A DNA stretch of 64,000 bases from positions 27,464-91,463 of the IMG/VR virus record IMGVR_UViG_3300014202_000478. One strand, written 5' to 3'. Source of the stretch: a virus. The notes below the pieces were generated by a model that was not told where the DNA came from, searched no databases, and was given only the letters and a program-made list of their open reading frames with translations. Positions within the stretch are counted from its first letter, which is position 1, and each line of letters opens with the position of its first letter. This document shows, piece by piece, positions 24,727 to 34,531 of this stretch. The translations under genes were made by a program, and so were the position numbers.

Positions 24727-24772
24727 AAAAAAAAAGAAACCCGCCGTGACCTTTCAGCCACGGCGGGTTTCT
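24727..24772 (-). terminator. intrinsic terminator / attenuator upstream of tRNA array
   Basis: AGAAACCCGCCGTGGC-TGAAAG-GTCACGGCGGGTTTCT followed by a T run; begins about 19 nt after the leader-peptide stop. Confidence 0.9.
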
Positions 24773-24791
24773 ACCCCTGTTTCCGCTAAGC

Positions 24792-24875
24792 CTATTCGGT
24801 CCATCTTCCTGCGCTCGACAACGAGAGCGATAATGAATAATAACTGGACAGTAGGTTAACGGAGAAAGTATGCAC
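24792..24875 (-). CDS. Leu/Ser/Tyr-rich attenuator leader peptide (27 aa)
   Basis: AAAGGAAAC RBS, GTG start; MHTFSVNLLSSYYSLSLSLSSAGRWTE*; 14 consecutive L/S/Y codons; not in ORF track. Confidence 0.8.
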   Translation of the reverse strand: MHTFSVNLLSSYYSLSLSLSSAGRWTE

Positions 24876-24946
24876 CTTAAAGTTTCCTTTTAGTTAATAT
24901 ATGCAGCAAGCCGCAAATATTTTCGTGAAAATCATCAACTTCCCTT

Positions 24947-24974
24947 ATCTTACGCCGAAAATTCGGTTTGTCAA
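24947..24974 (-). promoter_or_regulatory. sigma70-like promoter for leader/tRNA array
   Basis: TTGACA-N16-TAAGAT. Confidence 0.6.
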
Positions 24975-24983
24975 GAAGATTTT

Positions 24984-25397
24984 TTATCGCCAGTAGCCCC
25001 AACGATTCCATCTGCCGTAGTTGTATGGGTTCCCATAGTATGGGTACGGGTACTGATACACTGGTGGTTGCACCGCTGGCAACGGCACTAATTGGCCATT
25101 ACCATTGTAGGCGTAACCATTTGGGACAACACGACCATACCCATCAATATAGTAGTTTGCTGGAGCCGCCTGCACTGGTGCTGGATAGTACCAGTTGCCC
25201 CATCCATATGTAGGATGCTGCCAGTAGTGCCTTCCTGGTAGTGGACGAACGTTCGGTAGCGGTACGCCAACCCTTGGCACAACCTTCACATCTACGACAC
25301 TCCTCTTCTGCTGAGGTTCACTCTTTTTTTCGTCCGCGACGGCCATGCTACCGCAAACAAGCAAACACGCAAACGCACTTACAATCATTTTCATCAT
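24984..25397 (-). CDS. secreted Pro/Gly/Tyr-rich protein
   Basis: Signal peptide MKMIVSAFACLLVCGSMAVA then YYPAPV/YGY low-complexity region. Confidence 0.7.
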   Translation of the reverse strand: MMKMIVSAFACLLVCGSMAVADEKKSEPQQKRSVVDVKVVPRVGVPLPNVRPLPGRHYWQHPTYGWGNWYYPAPVQAAPANYYIDGYGRVVPNGYAYNGNGQLVPLPAVQPPVYQYPYPYYGNPYNYGRWNRWGYWR

Positions 25398-26233
25398 TTT
25401 ATTGCCCCTTTTAACTCATCAAATACGTTATTTCCCTTTATATCCTTCATGTGTTCATCCTCTAATCCATACCACAGACCATTGTAATTTTCTTCACTTA
25501 CTGGTAGCGGCAACTCTTTACCTGTGATTTCTGAAAACTCAGAAGCATTAATTAAGTAGACCTTCATTGTTTTTGTTGGAGTTTCTTTCCATTCTTCAAT
25601 TCCATATGGATCATCGTATATCTTTTGAATGATCTTGCCACCCTTCCCTAGACCCATTTCATTCGTCAAACTAGCACAACCTGATGCGCATTGAACCAGT
25701 GAACAACACTCTAAACCCCCACCGAAAGCCAATACGTTTCTACCAACAAATTGATTTTTGAACTTTTCTGGATTCTTAGGCTCGTAAACTGAAAATACTA
25801 TCGCATGATCCTTTGTTTTGGCTAACTGCTCACCTATTGTTTTGTTTTCCCCAGCTTCTGTGGCTATAAATTGATAAACACTTCCGTCTTCAGTTTTCCA
25901 ACCGTCTAGCCAAGGCTGCGGTGGTGTCACTAAATAGTTATCCTTCTCTAGTTTCTCACCAAATGGCTTGCCGTCTAAAGCATTGACACTGCCAGCCCCG
26001 ATCATAACCGCAACTGGTGTAACTGTTTGGAAACTAATCCACATAGCTTCCTTTGAGTGCATGGCAATAAAGTATGCATCTTTATCCCAAGATTCAGGAC
26101 ACATATAATCTGACACCTTAAAAAGCTCAAAATTTCCTAAACTTGGTGGCAAATTAGCGGGTTCTTCGTTGTCAGCAACCCTTACTGTTTTGTGGAAACT
26201 AAAAGATAATGGGCCTAATTCTATATTGTACAT
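25394..26233 (-). CDS. conserved hypothetical protein
   Basis: 279 aa; SFHKTVRV, EAMWISF, NYLVTPPQPWLDG motifs. Confidence 0.75.
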   Translation of the reverse strand: MYNIELGPLSFSFHKTVRVADNEEPANLPPSLGNFELFKVSDYMCPESWDKDAYFIAMHSKEAMWISFQTVTPVAVMIGAGSVNALDGKPFGEKLEKDNYLVTPPQPWLDGWKTEDGSVYQFIATEAGENKTIGEQLAKTKDHAIVFSVYEPKNPEKFKNQFVGRNVLAFGGGLECCSLVQCASGCASLTNEMGLGKGGKIIQKIYDDPYGIEEWKETPTKTMKVYLINASEFSEITGKELPLPVSEENYNGLWYGLEDEHMKDIKGNNVFDELKGAIK

Positions 26234-26261
26234 TTTAACCTCTTTCGACTATATAACTTAA

Positions 26262-26597
26262 ATGAGAACGTTTCGCAAGTTTTTAAATGAAGTTTCACTA
26301 TTAAATGAGCAACCGCCAGGTGGCCCTCCTCCAATGGGTGGTCCACCTCCTGGTGGTTTAGGCGCTCCCGCTGGTTTACCCCCAGGTGGTCCACCATTAG
26401 GTGGTCCTCCAGGCGGTGGTTTACCTCCACCGATGCCAGGCGGCGGCGGTGCCCCGCCTATGGGCGGTCCTCCAATGGGTGGTCCACCTCCTGGTGGTCC
26501 AGGTGGCGCTCCAGGCGGTGGTATTATGAAACTGCCTGAACTTAATGTCTGGAAGATATTGGAAAAATTACTTTCAGGTGAAACTAAAAAACAGTAA
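26262..26597 (+). CDS. Pro/Gly-rich protein with capsid-targeting-like N-terminus
   Basis: MRTFRKFLNE, (GGPPP)n core, C-terminal helix LNVWKILEKLL. Confidence 0.75.
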   Translation: MRTFRKFLNEVSLLNEQPPGGPPPMGGPPPGGLGAPAGLPPGGPPLGGPPGGGLPPPMPGGGGAPPMGGPPMGGPPPGGPGGAPGGGIMKLPELNVWKILEKLLSGETKKQ

Positions 26598-26632
26598 TTG
26601 TGCTTTCGGAAGAATGTTGCTATAATCCTTTG

Positions 26633-27700
26633 ATGAGTAACATTCTTCTTTTTTCTGATGTGCATATTCATGCGCACAAAAAATCGTTCGACCGCCTGAA
26701 GGACTGTTTGACTACGCTGGATTGGGTTTTTGAAACAGCCAAACAACATAAAATCAAAGACATTGTATTCGCTGGTGATCTTTTCCAAGATAGGCAAAGG
26801 ATCGACGTAGCGACATACAGCATGACTTTTGATGTTCTTTTCAAGCATTGTGACGGCAGTATCAATCTATGGTTGTTACTAGGCAACCACGACATGTGGT
26901 ATCACGACAAATGGGATATCAGTAGTGTCCTTCCATTCTCTGCATTGCCTAATGTAACAGTAATTAACAAAGCTTGCACATTAGAAATCCTTGGTAAAGA
27001 AATTGATTTCTTACCCTATGTCCGTGACCCCATCGAACATCTTAAAGAACTAGAGAATATCGCTAAACAACGCAAGGGCTTAAAAACCTTAGTTGGGCAT
27101 TTGGCGGTTCATGGAGCAGAGTTGAATACTCTGTATCATACTCTTGCTGACGTTGTTTTAGAGCATGATGGTGACATGGTATGCGTAGGACCAGAGTTGT
27201 TCAAAGCATGGGACAAGGTGTTTTTAGGACACTATCACGGCGCTCAACAAATTGAAAATCTTGAATATATTGGTTCGCCACTCCAATTAACTTTCGGAGA
27301 AGCATTTCAGGAAAAACATATAATTGTTTATGACCTGAAAACTGGCAAACAAGAATATATCACCAATGATTTCAGTCCTAAACATTTGATATTATCTGAA
27401 AGTGATGTTCATAACCATGATGTTGAAAATAACTTTGTGAGGTTGAACGTTGAGAATCGTAAATCTATTGACATTCTTGACTTGAAGAAAGAAGTGCAGG
27501 GCAGAAAGCCAAGCACTTTAGAAGTGGTACAAAAGCCGAAGAAAGAACAGAAACAAGTTGTAGAAGATGCTAAGTCCATCTTGAATAAGGAAGACGAGAT
27601 GCTCGAAACTTATGTCAAAGAAGTGGACACAGGCGATTTGGAAAAACCGTATCTGGTTGATATCGGCAAGTACATTTGTACTCAATCGACAGTTGCATAA
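26633..27700 (+). CDS. Mre11/SbcD-like nuclease (T4 gp47-like)
   Basis: SDVH, AGDLF, GNHD, GHYH, YIGSPLQ; TTGTGC-N17-TATAAT 6 nt upstream of ATG. Confidence 0.92.
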   Translation: MSNILLFSDVHIHAHKKSFDRLKDCLTTLDWVFETAKQHKIKDIVFAGDLFQDRQRIDVATYSMTFDVLFKHCDGSINLWLLLGNHDMWYHDKWDISSVLPFSALPNVTVINKACTLEILGKEIDFLPYVRDPIEHLKELENIAKQRKGLKTLVGHLAVHGAELNTLYHTLADVVLEHDGDMVCVGPELFKAWDKVFLGHYHGAQQIENLEYIGSPLQLTFGEAFQEKHIIVYDLKTGKQEYITNDFSPKHLILSESDVHNHDVENNFVRLNVENRKSIDILDLKKEVQGRKPSTLEVVQKPKKEQKQVVEDAKSILNKEDEMLETYVKEVDTGDLEKPYLVDIGKYICTQSTVA

Positions 27701-27713
27701 AGAAGTTTAATAT

Positions 27714-29741
27714 ATGAGAAATTTACAATTTAAATACGCTAGGGCAGAAAACTTCCTTTGTTTTGGTGAAGAAGGAATTGAGATTAATTTTGAGCAATAC
27801 GGCAACATAGTATGCATTAAAGGCAAGAACCTGGACGTTAACAACGAAGATGGTTCTATTGCCAGTAATGGTAGCGGCAAAAGCAGTATACCAGAAATCA
27901 TTGTGTATGCGCTGTATGGTAAGACTATCAAGAAGCCGAAGAAATTATCTCATTCCAACATCATCAACAACAAGGCTGGTAGCTCATTGATGGTGGAACT
28001 AAGATGGGACGATTATCGTCTAGTGCGGACAAGAAGTGCTGACAATAAAGGCACTCTTAGGTTGTGGCGAAGTGATAAGGGTGAATGGAACAAAAAAAGT
28101 GAAATCACAGCTAGTGGATTACCAGCAACCCAAAAAGAGATTGAGAAGATCGTCGGACTGACCTACGAATCCTTCATCAACATATTCATCTTTAGCGATG
28201 ATAACACACTGCCATTCTTAGAGTGTGACGGCCCTACCAAGCGAGAGATAGTTGAAAATCTATTATCTCTTGAGAAATATCGTAACTATTCTCAAAGCGC
28301 TAAGGATTTACTCAAGACCTTGAAAGACAAGATCAAGGATTTAACTAAGGACTATGAATCCCTTAACTCCCAAAAGGATGCGGCTACTGTAAGGGTTACA
28401 CAGATAGAAAGACAGGAGAAGGATTGGCACGATGCGCGAAAGAAAGAGCTTGATAGCCTATTGAATGAAATTAAGAAGAAAAGAGATGAATTAGAAAAGT
28501 CAAAGACTGGTGAGGCTCTGGCTCTTTATCAAGAAGCTCAAGATCAAATTGCCGAATTGAAGAAGACAATTCCTGATTTAGAAGCAAAGAAAGATAGAAT
28601 TAATGATCTTGTTGTTGAGACTACTCCAAAACTAAGCACACTTGATGAGAAAATAAGTTCACTTGAATTGCATCTTAAAGAGATAAAGCCAGAATATCAA
28701 GAACTTGATAAAGTTGTAGCTGACAATAAGAAGATAATAGAAGATGCGAAGAAGAAAAGCGGCAAGGCTTGCCCATATTGTTTGAGCGTTGTCGATGAGT
28801 CTAGGTTCGCTGATATTATTGCTAATGCGCAAGCTGTTTTGGATGACGCTACTCCTTTGTTTGAAGAAGCTGAGAAACAATATAATGCAACTAAGGCAAA
28901 CTGCGAACACTTCATTGACTTAAAGAAGAGAATAGAGAAGGGACTTGCTGATGCCAGGAATAAGTTGAGCAAGATAAACTCCGAAATCAGTGCGGTTCAT
29001 TGTGAGATTACAGACCTGAACAAGCGAGAGAAACCTGATGCAGCGGTTACTGAGTTGTTGGCTTGTGAACAGCTTGAGTCTTTGAAAAAGCAGTCTATTG
29101 AAAAACAAGAACAGTTAGATGGGGATACGCCTTTCATTGACATTAAGCAGATTGCATTTACTGACTTAGCCCAAAAAGTAAAAGAATGTGATGATAAGAG
29201 GGAAGAAATTAAAAAGGTCGAGAAAGATGTGCCTTATTACGAATTTTGGGTAAAAGCGTTTGGTGATACTGGTATTAGAAAGTATATCATTGATGGAATC
29301 ATTCCCACCCTGAATGATCGAATTGAATATTGGTTGCAGTTCTTAATTGATAATAAGATCAAGCTCACGTTCAATAATGAATTGGATGAGACGATTGACC
29401 GTTATCCTTTCAACGGCAGACCTTACGTTTACCACGGTATGTCGGGTGGACAACGGCGAAGGTTGAATTTGACGGTGGCTGCGGCGTGGGCATTTATCTC
29501 TGCTCTCAATTCTGGCGCATCTCCATCGACTATTTTCCTTGATGAAGTTACTATGAACATGGATATCATTGGCATCCAAGGTATCTTCAGGATGATTTGC
29601 GAGTTGGCAAAAGAGAAACAAGTGTTTGTTATTGACCATAACGAGAATTTGTTACAGATGCTGGACGGCTGTGATACAGTTTATTTGGAAATGCAGGACG
29701 AAATTAGTCAAAAAGTTGTTGAAACTTCTGATGGCAATTGA
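27714..29741 (+). CDS. Rad50/SbcC-like ATPase (T4 gp46-like)
   Basis: NGSGKSS Walker A, coiled coil with CPYC hook, MSGGQ signature, FLDE, VIDH. Confidence 0.93.
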   Translation: MRNLQFKYARAENFLCFGEEGIEINFEQYGNIVCIKGKNLDVNNEDGSIASNGSGKSSIPEIIVYALYGKTIKKPKKLSHSNIINNKAGSSLMVELRWDDYRLVRTRSADNKGTLRLWRSDKGEWNKKSEITASGLPATQKEIEKIVGLTYESFINIFIFSDDNTLPFLECDGPTKREIVENLLSLEKYRNYSQSAKDLLKTLKDKIKDLTKDYESLNSQKDAATVRVTQIERQEKDWHDARKKELDSLLNEIKKKRDELEKSKTGEALALYQEAQDQIAELKKTIPDLEAKKDRINDLVVETTPKLSTLDEKISSLELHLKEIKPEYQELDKVVADNKKIIEDAKKKSGKACPYCLSVVDESRFADIIANAQAVLDDATPLFEEAEKQYNATKANCEHFIDLKKRIEKGLADARNKLSKINSEISAVHCEITDLNKREKPDAAVTELLACEQLESLKKQSIEKQEQLDGDTPFIDIKQIAFTDLAQKVKECDDKREEIKKVEKDVPYYEFWVKAFGDTGIRKYIIDGIIPTLNDRIEYWLQFLIDNKIKLTFNNELDETIDRYPFNGRPYVYHGMSGGQRRRLNLTVAAAWAFISALNSGASPSTIFLDEVTMNMDIIGIQGIFRMICELAKEKQVFVIDHNENLLQMLDGCDTVYLEMQDEISQKVVETSDGN

Positions 29742-29825
29742 TAATATCCTCCTCCCAAATTAATAACCGAAATAATTTAGTTCCTAACACTTACATATAG
29801 TCCCTCGATAGAAATAGGAGATAAA

Positions 29826-30800
29826 ATGGGCGTCTTCGATAAGCGCGTCGTTTTTAAACCGTTTGAATATCCCGAAATTTTGAAGTATAAAGACGCGATA
29901 AATCATAGTTATTGGCTAGTCAGCGAATGGAATTTCATTGGCGATACACAAGATTTCAATGTGAAATTAAATGATGTAGAAAAGCATGTTATTAAGAATG
30001 CTCTGCTCGCTATTTCACAAATTGAAGTCTCTGTAAAGAAGTTTTGGACTAAATTAGGGGACAGATTCCCTAAAGCAGAATTTGAACAAGTGGGTGTGAC
30101 ATTTGGTGAAAGTGAAGTTAGACATTCCGACGCTTATTCCCATTTACTCCAGGTTCTAGGCTTCAATGACGATTTTGCACTGCTGTTGCAGAATCCAGTT
30201 ATTCAAGGTCGTGTTGACTATTTGACAAAATACCTTAAAGGCGCATCCGATAATAGCAACGAAAACTACACTCTTACTCTCACTTTGTTTTCGTTGTTTA
30301 TTGAGAATGTTAGCTTGTTTTCACAGTTTGTTATCATTAAGTCGTTTAATAAATACAAGAACATGCTGAAGGATATAGATAACGTTGTCCAGGCTACTCA
30401 GAAAGAAGAAGTTATCCACGCGATGTTCGGCATGGCATTAATCAAGATTATTAAAGAAGAACAACCAGATTGGTTTAATGAAGAGTTTTATGCCAAACTT
30501 GCCAGAGCTTGCAAGAAGGCGTATGAGGCTGAGTGTAATATCATTGATTGGATATTTGAGAAGGGCGAGTTAGAGTTCCTGACTAAAGATGTAGTGAAAG
30601 AATTTGTAAAGAATAGATTTAACGAGAGTCTCGAATTGATCGGTGGTGGTAAAATCTTCGAAGTCGATGGCAGTAAGCTAGAACAGGTGAAATGGTTCGA
30701 TGAAGAAATTTATGCGGAAGTAAATACCGACTTCTTCCACAAGAAGCCAGTTACTTACTCCAAGAAGATGCAAGCGATTAATGCGGAAGATATATTTTAA
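29826..30800 (+). CDS. nrdB: ribonucleotide reductase class Ia beta subunit
   Basis: ESEVRHSDAY, IENVSLFSQF, KEEVIH, DFFHKKPVTYSK. Confidence 0.95.
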   Translation: MGVFDKRVVFKPFEYPEILKYKDAINHSYWLVSEWNFIGDTQDFNVKLNDVEKHVIKNALLAISQIEVSVKKFWTKLGDRFPKAEFEQVGVTFGESEVRHSDAYSHLLQVLGFNDDFALLLQNPVIQGRVDYLTKYLKGASDNSNENYTLTLTLFSLFIENVSLFSQFVIIKSFNKYKNMLKDIDNVVQATQKEEVIHAMFGMALIKIIKEEQPDWFNEEFYAKLARACKKAYEAECNIIDWIFEKGELEFLTKDVVKEFVKNRFNESLELIGGGKIFEVDGSKLEQVKWFDEEIYAEVNTDFFHKKPVTYSKKMQAINAEDIF

Positions 30801-30812
30801 GGAAATAGAACA

Positions 30813-32453
30813 ATGAGTGAATATAGATGGCTAACAGACCTTTCTCGACAGTTTTTAGAGAGGGATTACCTAGTAAATGGTCAAACTGTAGAAGATAGAA
30901 TTGATGTAATATGCACTACTGCTGAGCGGATATTGAATAAGCCTGGGTTCGCTCAAGCATTTGAGCGTAACTTAAAGAAGGGCTGGTATTCCCTTAGCAG
31001 TCCGATATGGTCTAATTTTGGTACAAAGCGTGGTCTACCCATCAGTTGCTTCGGTTCAATGATCGAAGATACGATGGAGAACATCCTCTATACTCACGCC
31101 GAAGTTGGCATGATGACCAAACACGGTGGCGGCACCTCTGCGTACTTTGGGAAGCTTCGTGGACGTGGCGAGCCTATTAAGAACAATGGAGAAAGCTCAG
31201 GCTCCGTCCACTTTATGTCCTTGTTTGAGAATCTAATTAATATCGTCAGCCAAGGAACCACAAGGCGAGGTAATTTCGCCGCGTATCTCCCAATTGACCA
31301 CAAAGACATTCCTGAATTTCTTGGAATCAGAAGCGAAGGCCATATGATTCAAGATTTGTCGTTTGGGGTATGTGTGCATGATGCCTGGATGGAAGAAATG
31401 ATCGCAGGCGATGCTGAGAAACGAAAGATATGGGCTAAAGTCCTAGAAAGCCGAACCAACAAAGGATACCCATACCTATTCTTTACAGACAATGTAAATA
31501 AGAATAAGCCAGATTGCTACAGAGATTTTCTTATTACGCATTCCAATCTCTGTACGGAGATTATGCTTCCTGACACAGTAGATGAATCATTCGTCTGTGA
31601 CCTTTCCAGCATGAATATTCTCTATTTCGATGAATGGAAAGACACCAATGCAATCGAACTATTAGTCTACTTTCTTGACGCTGTAATGACCGAATTTATT
31701 GACAAGGCCAAGAAGGTTGACTTCATGCAGCGACCTGTTCGTTTTGCAGAGAGACACCGCGCACTTGGTATTGGCTGGCTTGGTTATCACAGCTATCTAC
31801 AGAGTAAGATGATTCCATTTGAAAGCATGGAAGCGAAGTACGCTAACGTCACTATCGCCAAGAACATGAAGGAAGCTGCCTACAAAGCTTCTGCAAAGAT
31901 GGCTGAAGAATATGGTGAGCCAGAAGTCTTGAAGGGCTACGGTCGCAGGAACTCTACATTATTGGCTATTGCGCCAACAAAATCTTCGGCGTTCATCATG
32001 GGTCAGGTTTCAGAGAATACAGAGCCTAATCGTGCCAATATTGTCATTAAGGATTTGCAGAAGGGTAAGTACACAATGAAAAACACTTACCTTGAGGCTT
32101 TGCTTGAAAGCAAGGGTAAGAACGATGAATCAACGTGGTCCAGCATATTGAAAAACTCTGGCAGTGTTCAACACTTAGATTTCCTTACTGACCATGAGAA
32201 GGCTGTATTTAAGACTTTCGCTGAGATTACGCCTAGAGAGATTATCATTCAGGCGGCTCAGCGTCAGAAATACATAGATCAGGCACAATCTATTAACATA
32301 ATGATTCATCCATCTATACCAATTAAGGATGTGAATGCTTTGATTATAGAAGGGTGGCAAATGGGTATCAAGAGTTTCTACTACCAATACTCAGTCAATG
32401 CCGCCCAAAATTTTGCTAGAAATATATTAGCGTGTTCTAGTTGTGAGGCTTAG
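30813..32453 (+). CDS. nrdA: ribonucleotide reductase class Ia alpha subunit (short, no ATP cone)
   Basis: ISCF, GGGTSA, SNLCTEI, FVCDLSS, AIAPTKSS, C-terminal CSSCEA. Confidence 0.95.
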   Translation: MSEYRWLTDLSRQFLERDYLVNGQTVEDRIDVICTTAERILNKPGFAQAFERNLKKGWYSLSSPIWSNFGTKRGLPISCFGSMIEDTMENILYTHAEVGMMTKHGGGTSAYFGKLRGRGEPIKNNGESSGSVHFMSLFENLINIVSQGTTRRGNFAAYLPIDHKDIPEFLGIRSEGHMIQDLSFGVCVHDAWMEEMIAGDAEKRKIWAKVLESRTNKGYPYLFFTDNVNKNKPDCYRDFLITHSNLCTEIMLPDTVDESFVCDLSSMNILYFDEWKDTNAIELLVYFLDAVMTEFIDKAKKVDFMQRPVRFAERHRALGIGWLGYHSYLQSKMIPFESMEAKYANVTIAKNMKEAAYKASAKMAEEYGEPEVLKGYGRRNSTLLAIAPTKSSAFIMGQVSENTEPNRANIVIKDLQKGKYTMKNTYLEALLESKGKNDESTWSSILKNSGSVQHLDFLTDHEKAVFKTFAEITPREIIIQAAQRQKYIDQAQSINIMIHPSIPIKDVNALIIEGWQMGIKSFYYQYSVNAAQNFARNILACSSCEA

Positions 32454-32480
32454 AGTAGTTTTGATATTGGAATTATTTAC

Positions 32481-32705
32481 ATGATTGATTATTCTGTCTT
32501 GCAGAAACATTTTGGTGTCAACAATGCCGAGGCAGCAGCGAAGTTGTTGTTCCGCTGCGTAGGATCAAACGCGGAATCTCACGTTAAGGGTGTCTCTGCG
32601 GAAATCTATGGCGAGGCTGATCTGTCTAGCTATTTTGATCTTATAAAAGCTGGCGATAACGACAAAGGTAAAAGGTACGATTATGAGATTTTCATTAAGG
32701 GTTGA
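32481..32705 (+). CDS. hypothetical protein
   Basis: 74 aa ORF in plus-strand run. Confidence 0.5.
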   Translation: MIDYSVLQKHFGVNNAEAAAKLLFRCVGSNAESHVKGVSAEIYGEADLSSYFDLIKAGDNDKGKRYDYEIFIKG

Positions 32706-33096
32706 AACTAAGGTTGCTAACGTTAAGGGTGAAACTAATATAGGTTTTAGGGACAGCCGTACAATCGTACTATCAAATGGGGAGCTTATCAAATCTAGCA
32801 AATTAAGAAATGTTTTAAATGAAGGGTTTGATGTATTGCAAATTTGTCTCTGCAATATTACTGGTAGTTGGGAAGACTTTGCTTATGTCTTATCCAAGGA
32901 CTTGCCGCTACACGAAATCAATAATATGAATTTAAGATATTATAAACATTTGAGTGAGGCGGCTAAAAAAGAGTTAGAACACAATTACTTTAAATCTATT
33001 GTCAAATATCAAGATTGCAAGTTGACAGATAAGGCAGAATTGGCTAGTATGTTAATATCAAAGAATATTCAAATAGAAAAGGACAGGTACTTCTAA
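32683..33096 (+). CDS. hypothetical protein
   Basis: 137 aa ORF, TAATG coupled to methyltransferase. Confidence 0.55.
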   Translation: MRFSLRVETKVANVKGETNIGFRDSRTIVLSNGELIKSSKLRNVLNEGFDVLQICLCNITGSWEDFAYVLSKDLPLHEINNMNLRYYKHLSEAAKKELEHNYFKSIVKYQDCKLTDKAELASMLISKNIQIEKDRYF

Positions 33097-34184
33097 TGGT
33101 TATGAATGATACATATTTGAATCAAAAATTCAATATCTATTGTGGTGACAGTAAGGACTTGGTAAAAGAAATTGAATTAGTTCATTGTGTTGTTACTTCA
33201 CCACCGTATTTTCAAAAGCGACAATATGGTGAAAGTGAGAAGGAAATAGGCAATGAAGACAATATTAATTTCTATGTAAATGCTCTTTGTGATTTGTTTG
33301 ATTCTATTAATCTTCATCCACAAGGAAATATTTGGGTTAATATTGGAGATAAGCGCAACAAAGATGGCGGATTGTTGATGGTGCCTGAACAGTTTGCTCT
33401 AGCCATGATTGCTCGTAAGTGGCGACTGGTTGATAACGTCATATGGGCCAAAGTGTTCGATGAGGTTAATGGAGAAACAGAAGGCCATTGTATGATCGAG
33501 CCAGCCACCAAACGGCTGAATGGTAATGGTTGGGAGTATTTCTATCGCTTTACCAAGAGTAAAGATGCTTATTGCGATCATTGTGCTGTAAGGATTCCTC
33601 GTCATGGTGGGGAGCATATAAGATATATGCCCAAAGAGCTTATGGAACTAGAAACATCTACAGATGGCAGGGTTGCTCACAATGTATGGAAAGTCCATAT
33701 GGGACAAACCAGTAAGAAGCACTATGCAGTGTTCCCGACACAGCTATGCGAAAGACCTATTGCCATGACCTGTCCGATGCGAGTCAAAGCTAATGGTGAT
33801 CCTATTGAACGTATCGTAGAAATGGTAGAATATGATGAAGGCAGAAATGCCAAACGAGTTTTTGGCAAATACAAAAGTCTAGGCAATGAATATGATGAGG
33901 AACAGAGCAAAGCAATTACTGGAAGAGTAGATAGTGGTAAACAATATATACCTAGAAAACCAGCCACCAAAGGATGGACAAAGGCTGATGATTATGCTGC
34001 TGGGATAGTTTTAGACCCATTTTGTGGAACTGGAACTACTGGCGAGGTGGCCTTGAAACTTGGTAGATCATTCATAGGAATAGACCTCTATGAGGAGTTC
34101 CAAAAAATTGCTTACGACAGATGTAAAGATGTTTTTACCAACTTGAATAAACAAAAGTTAAATCCTTGGGAACTAGAAAAATAA
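33096..34184 (+). CDS. DNA amino-methyltransferase (N4-C/N6-A, beta class) with insertion
   Basis: VTSPPY, HYAVFP, VLDPFCGTGTT, FIGIDL. Confidence 0.9.
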   Translation: MVMNDTYLNQKFNIYCGDSKDLVKEIELVHCVVTSPPYFQKRQYGESEKEIGNEDNINFYVNALCDLFDSINLHPQGNIWVNIGDKRNKDGGLLMVPEQFALAMIARKWRLVDNVIWAKVFDEVNGETEGHCMIEPATKRLNGNGWEYFYRFTKSKDAYCDHCAVRIPRHGGEHIRYMPKELMELETSTDGRVAHNVWKVHMGQTSKKHYAVFPTQLCERPIAMTCPMRVKANGDPIERIVEMVEYDEGRNAKRVFGKYKSLGNEYDEEQSKAITGRVDSGKQYIPRKPATKGWTKADDYAAGIVLDPFCGTGTTGEVALKLGRSFIGIDLYEEFQKIAYDRCKDVFTNLNKQKLNPWELEK

Positions 34185-34234
34185 ATATTGACAAAAGTTG
34201 ATTTATTAGCTAGCTTGTGGTTAAGGAGATATCA

Positions 34235-34399
34235 ATGTATTCATTATTAGGAATCGGGTCAATTTTTGTGCTAGATGGCACCCATCATCGTATCACTGCG
34301 GTTGAGAGCGACGAAAATGATGTGCAGCAAGTGTTTGAATATGATTTTAGGCATCGTGTTTATGCTGAAGATTTATATGCATCACTGGATGGAGAATAA
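34235..34399 (+). CDS. small hypothetical protein
   Basis: TTGACA-N17-TAGCTT promoter and AAGGAG RBS before ATG 34235. Confidence 0.6.
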   Translation: MYSLLGIGSIFVLDGTHHRITAVESDENDVQQVFEYDFRHRVYAEDLYASLDGE

Positions 34400-34402
34400 T
34401 TT

Positions 34403-34528
34403 ATGGATTACTTAACTTTGTATATTAAAAGTCTCGCTGAGATAAACTTGTTAGTATCTCGGCGGCGTGGTATTAAACGTGCCATTGCTCGGTCAAAAAA
34501 ACTTGGAAAATTAGCTGGTGTTTTATAA
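34403..34528 (+). CDS. small basic peptide (41 aa)
   Basis: GGAG RBS; MDYLTLYIKSLAEINLLVSRRRGIKRAIARSKK... Confidence 0.45.
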   Translation: MDYLTLYIKSLAEINLLVSRRRGIKRAIARSKKLGKLAGVL

Positions 34529-34531
34529 CAG

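Noticed and set aside
24720-24940. T-box riboswitch as the regulator of the tRNA array
   Set aside because: No GGTGGNACC T-box bulge or Stem I motifs seen; a translated codon run with RBS explains the leader better.
29826-32453. Introns or inteins in nrdA/nrdB
   Set aside because: Both ORFs are continuous and compact, with no homing endonuclease or splice motifs.
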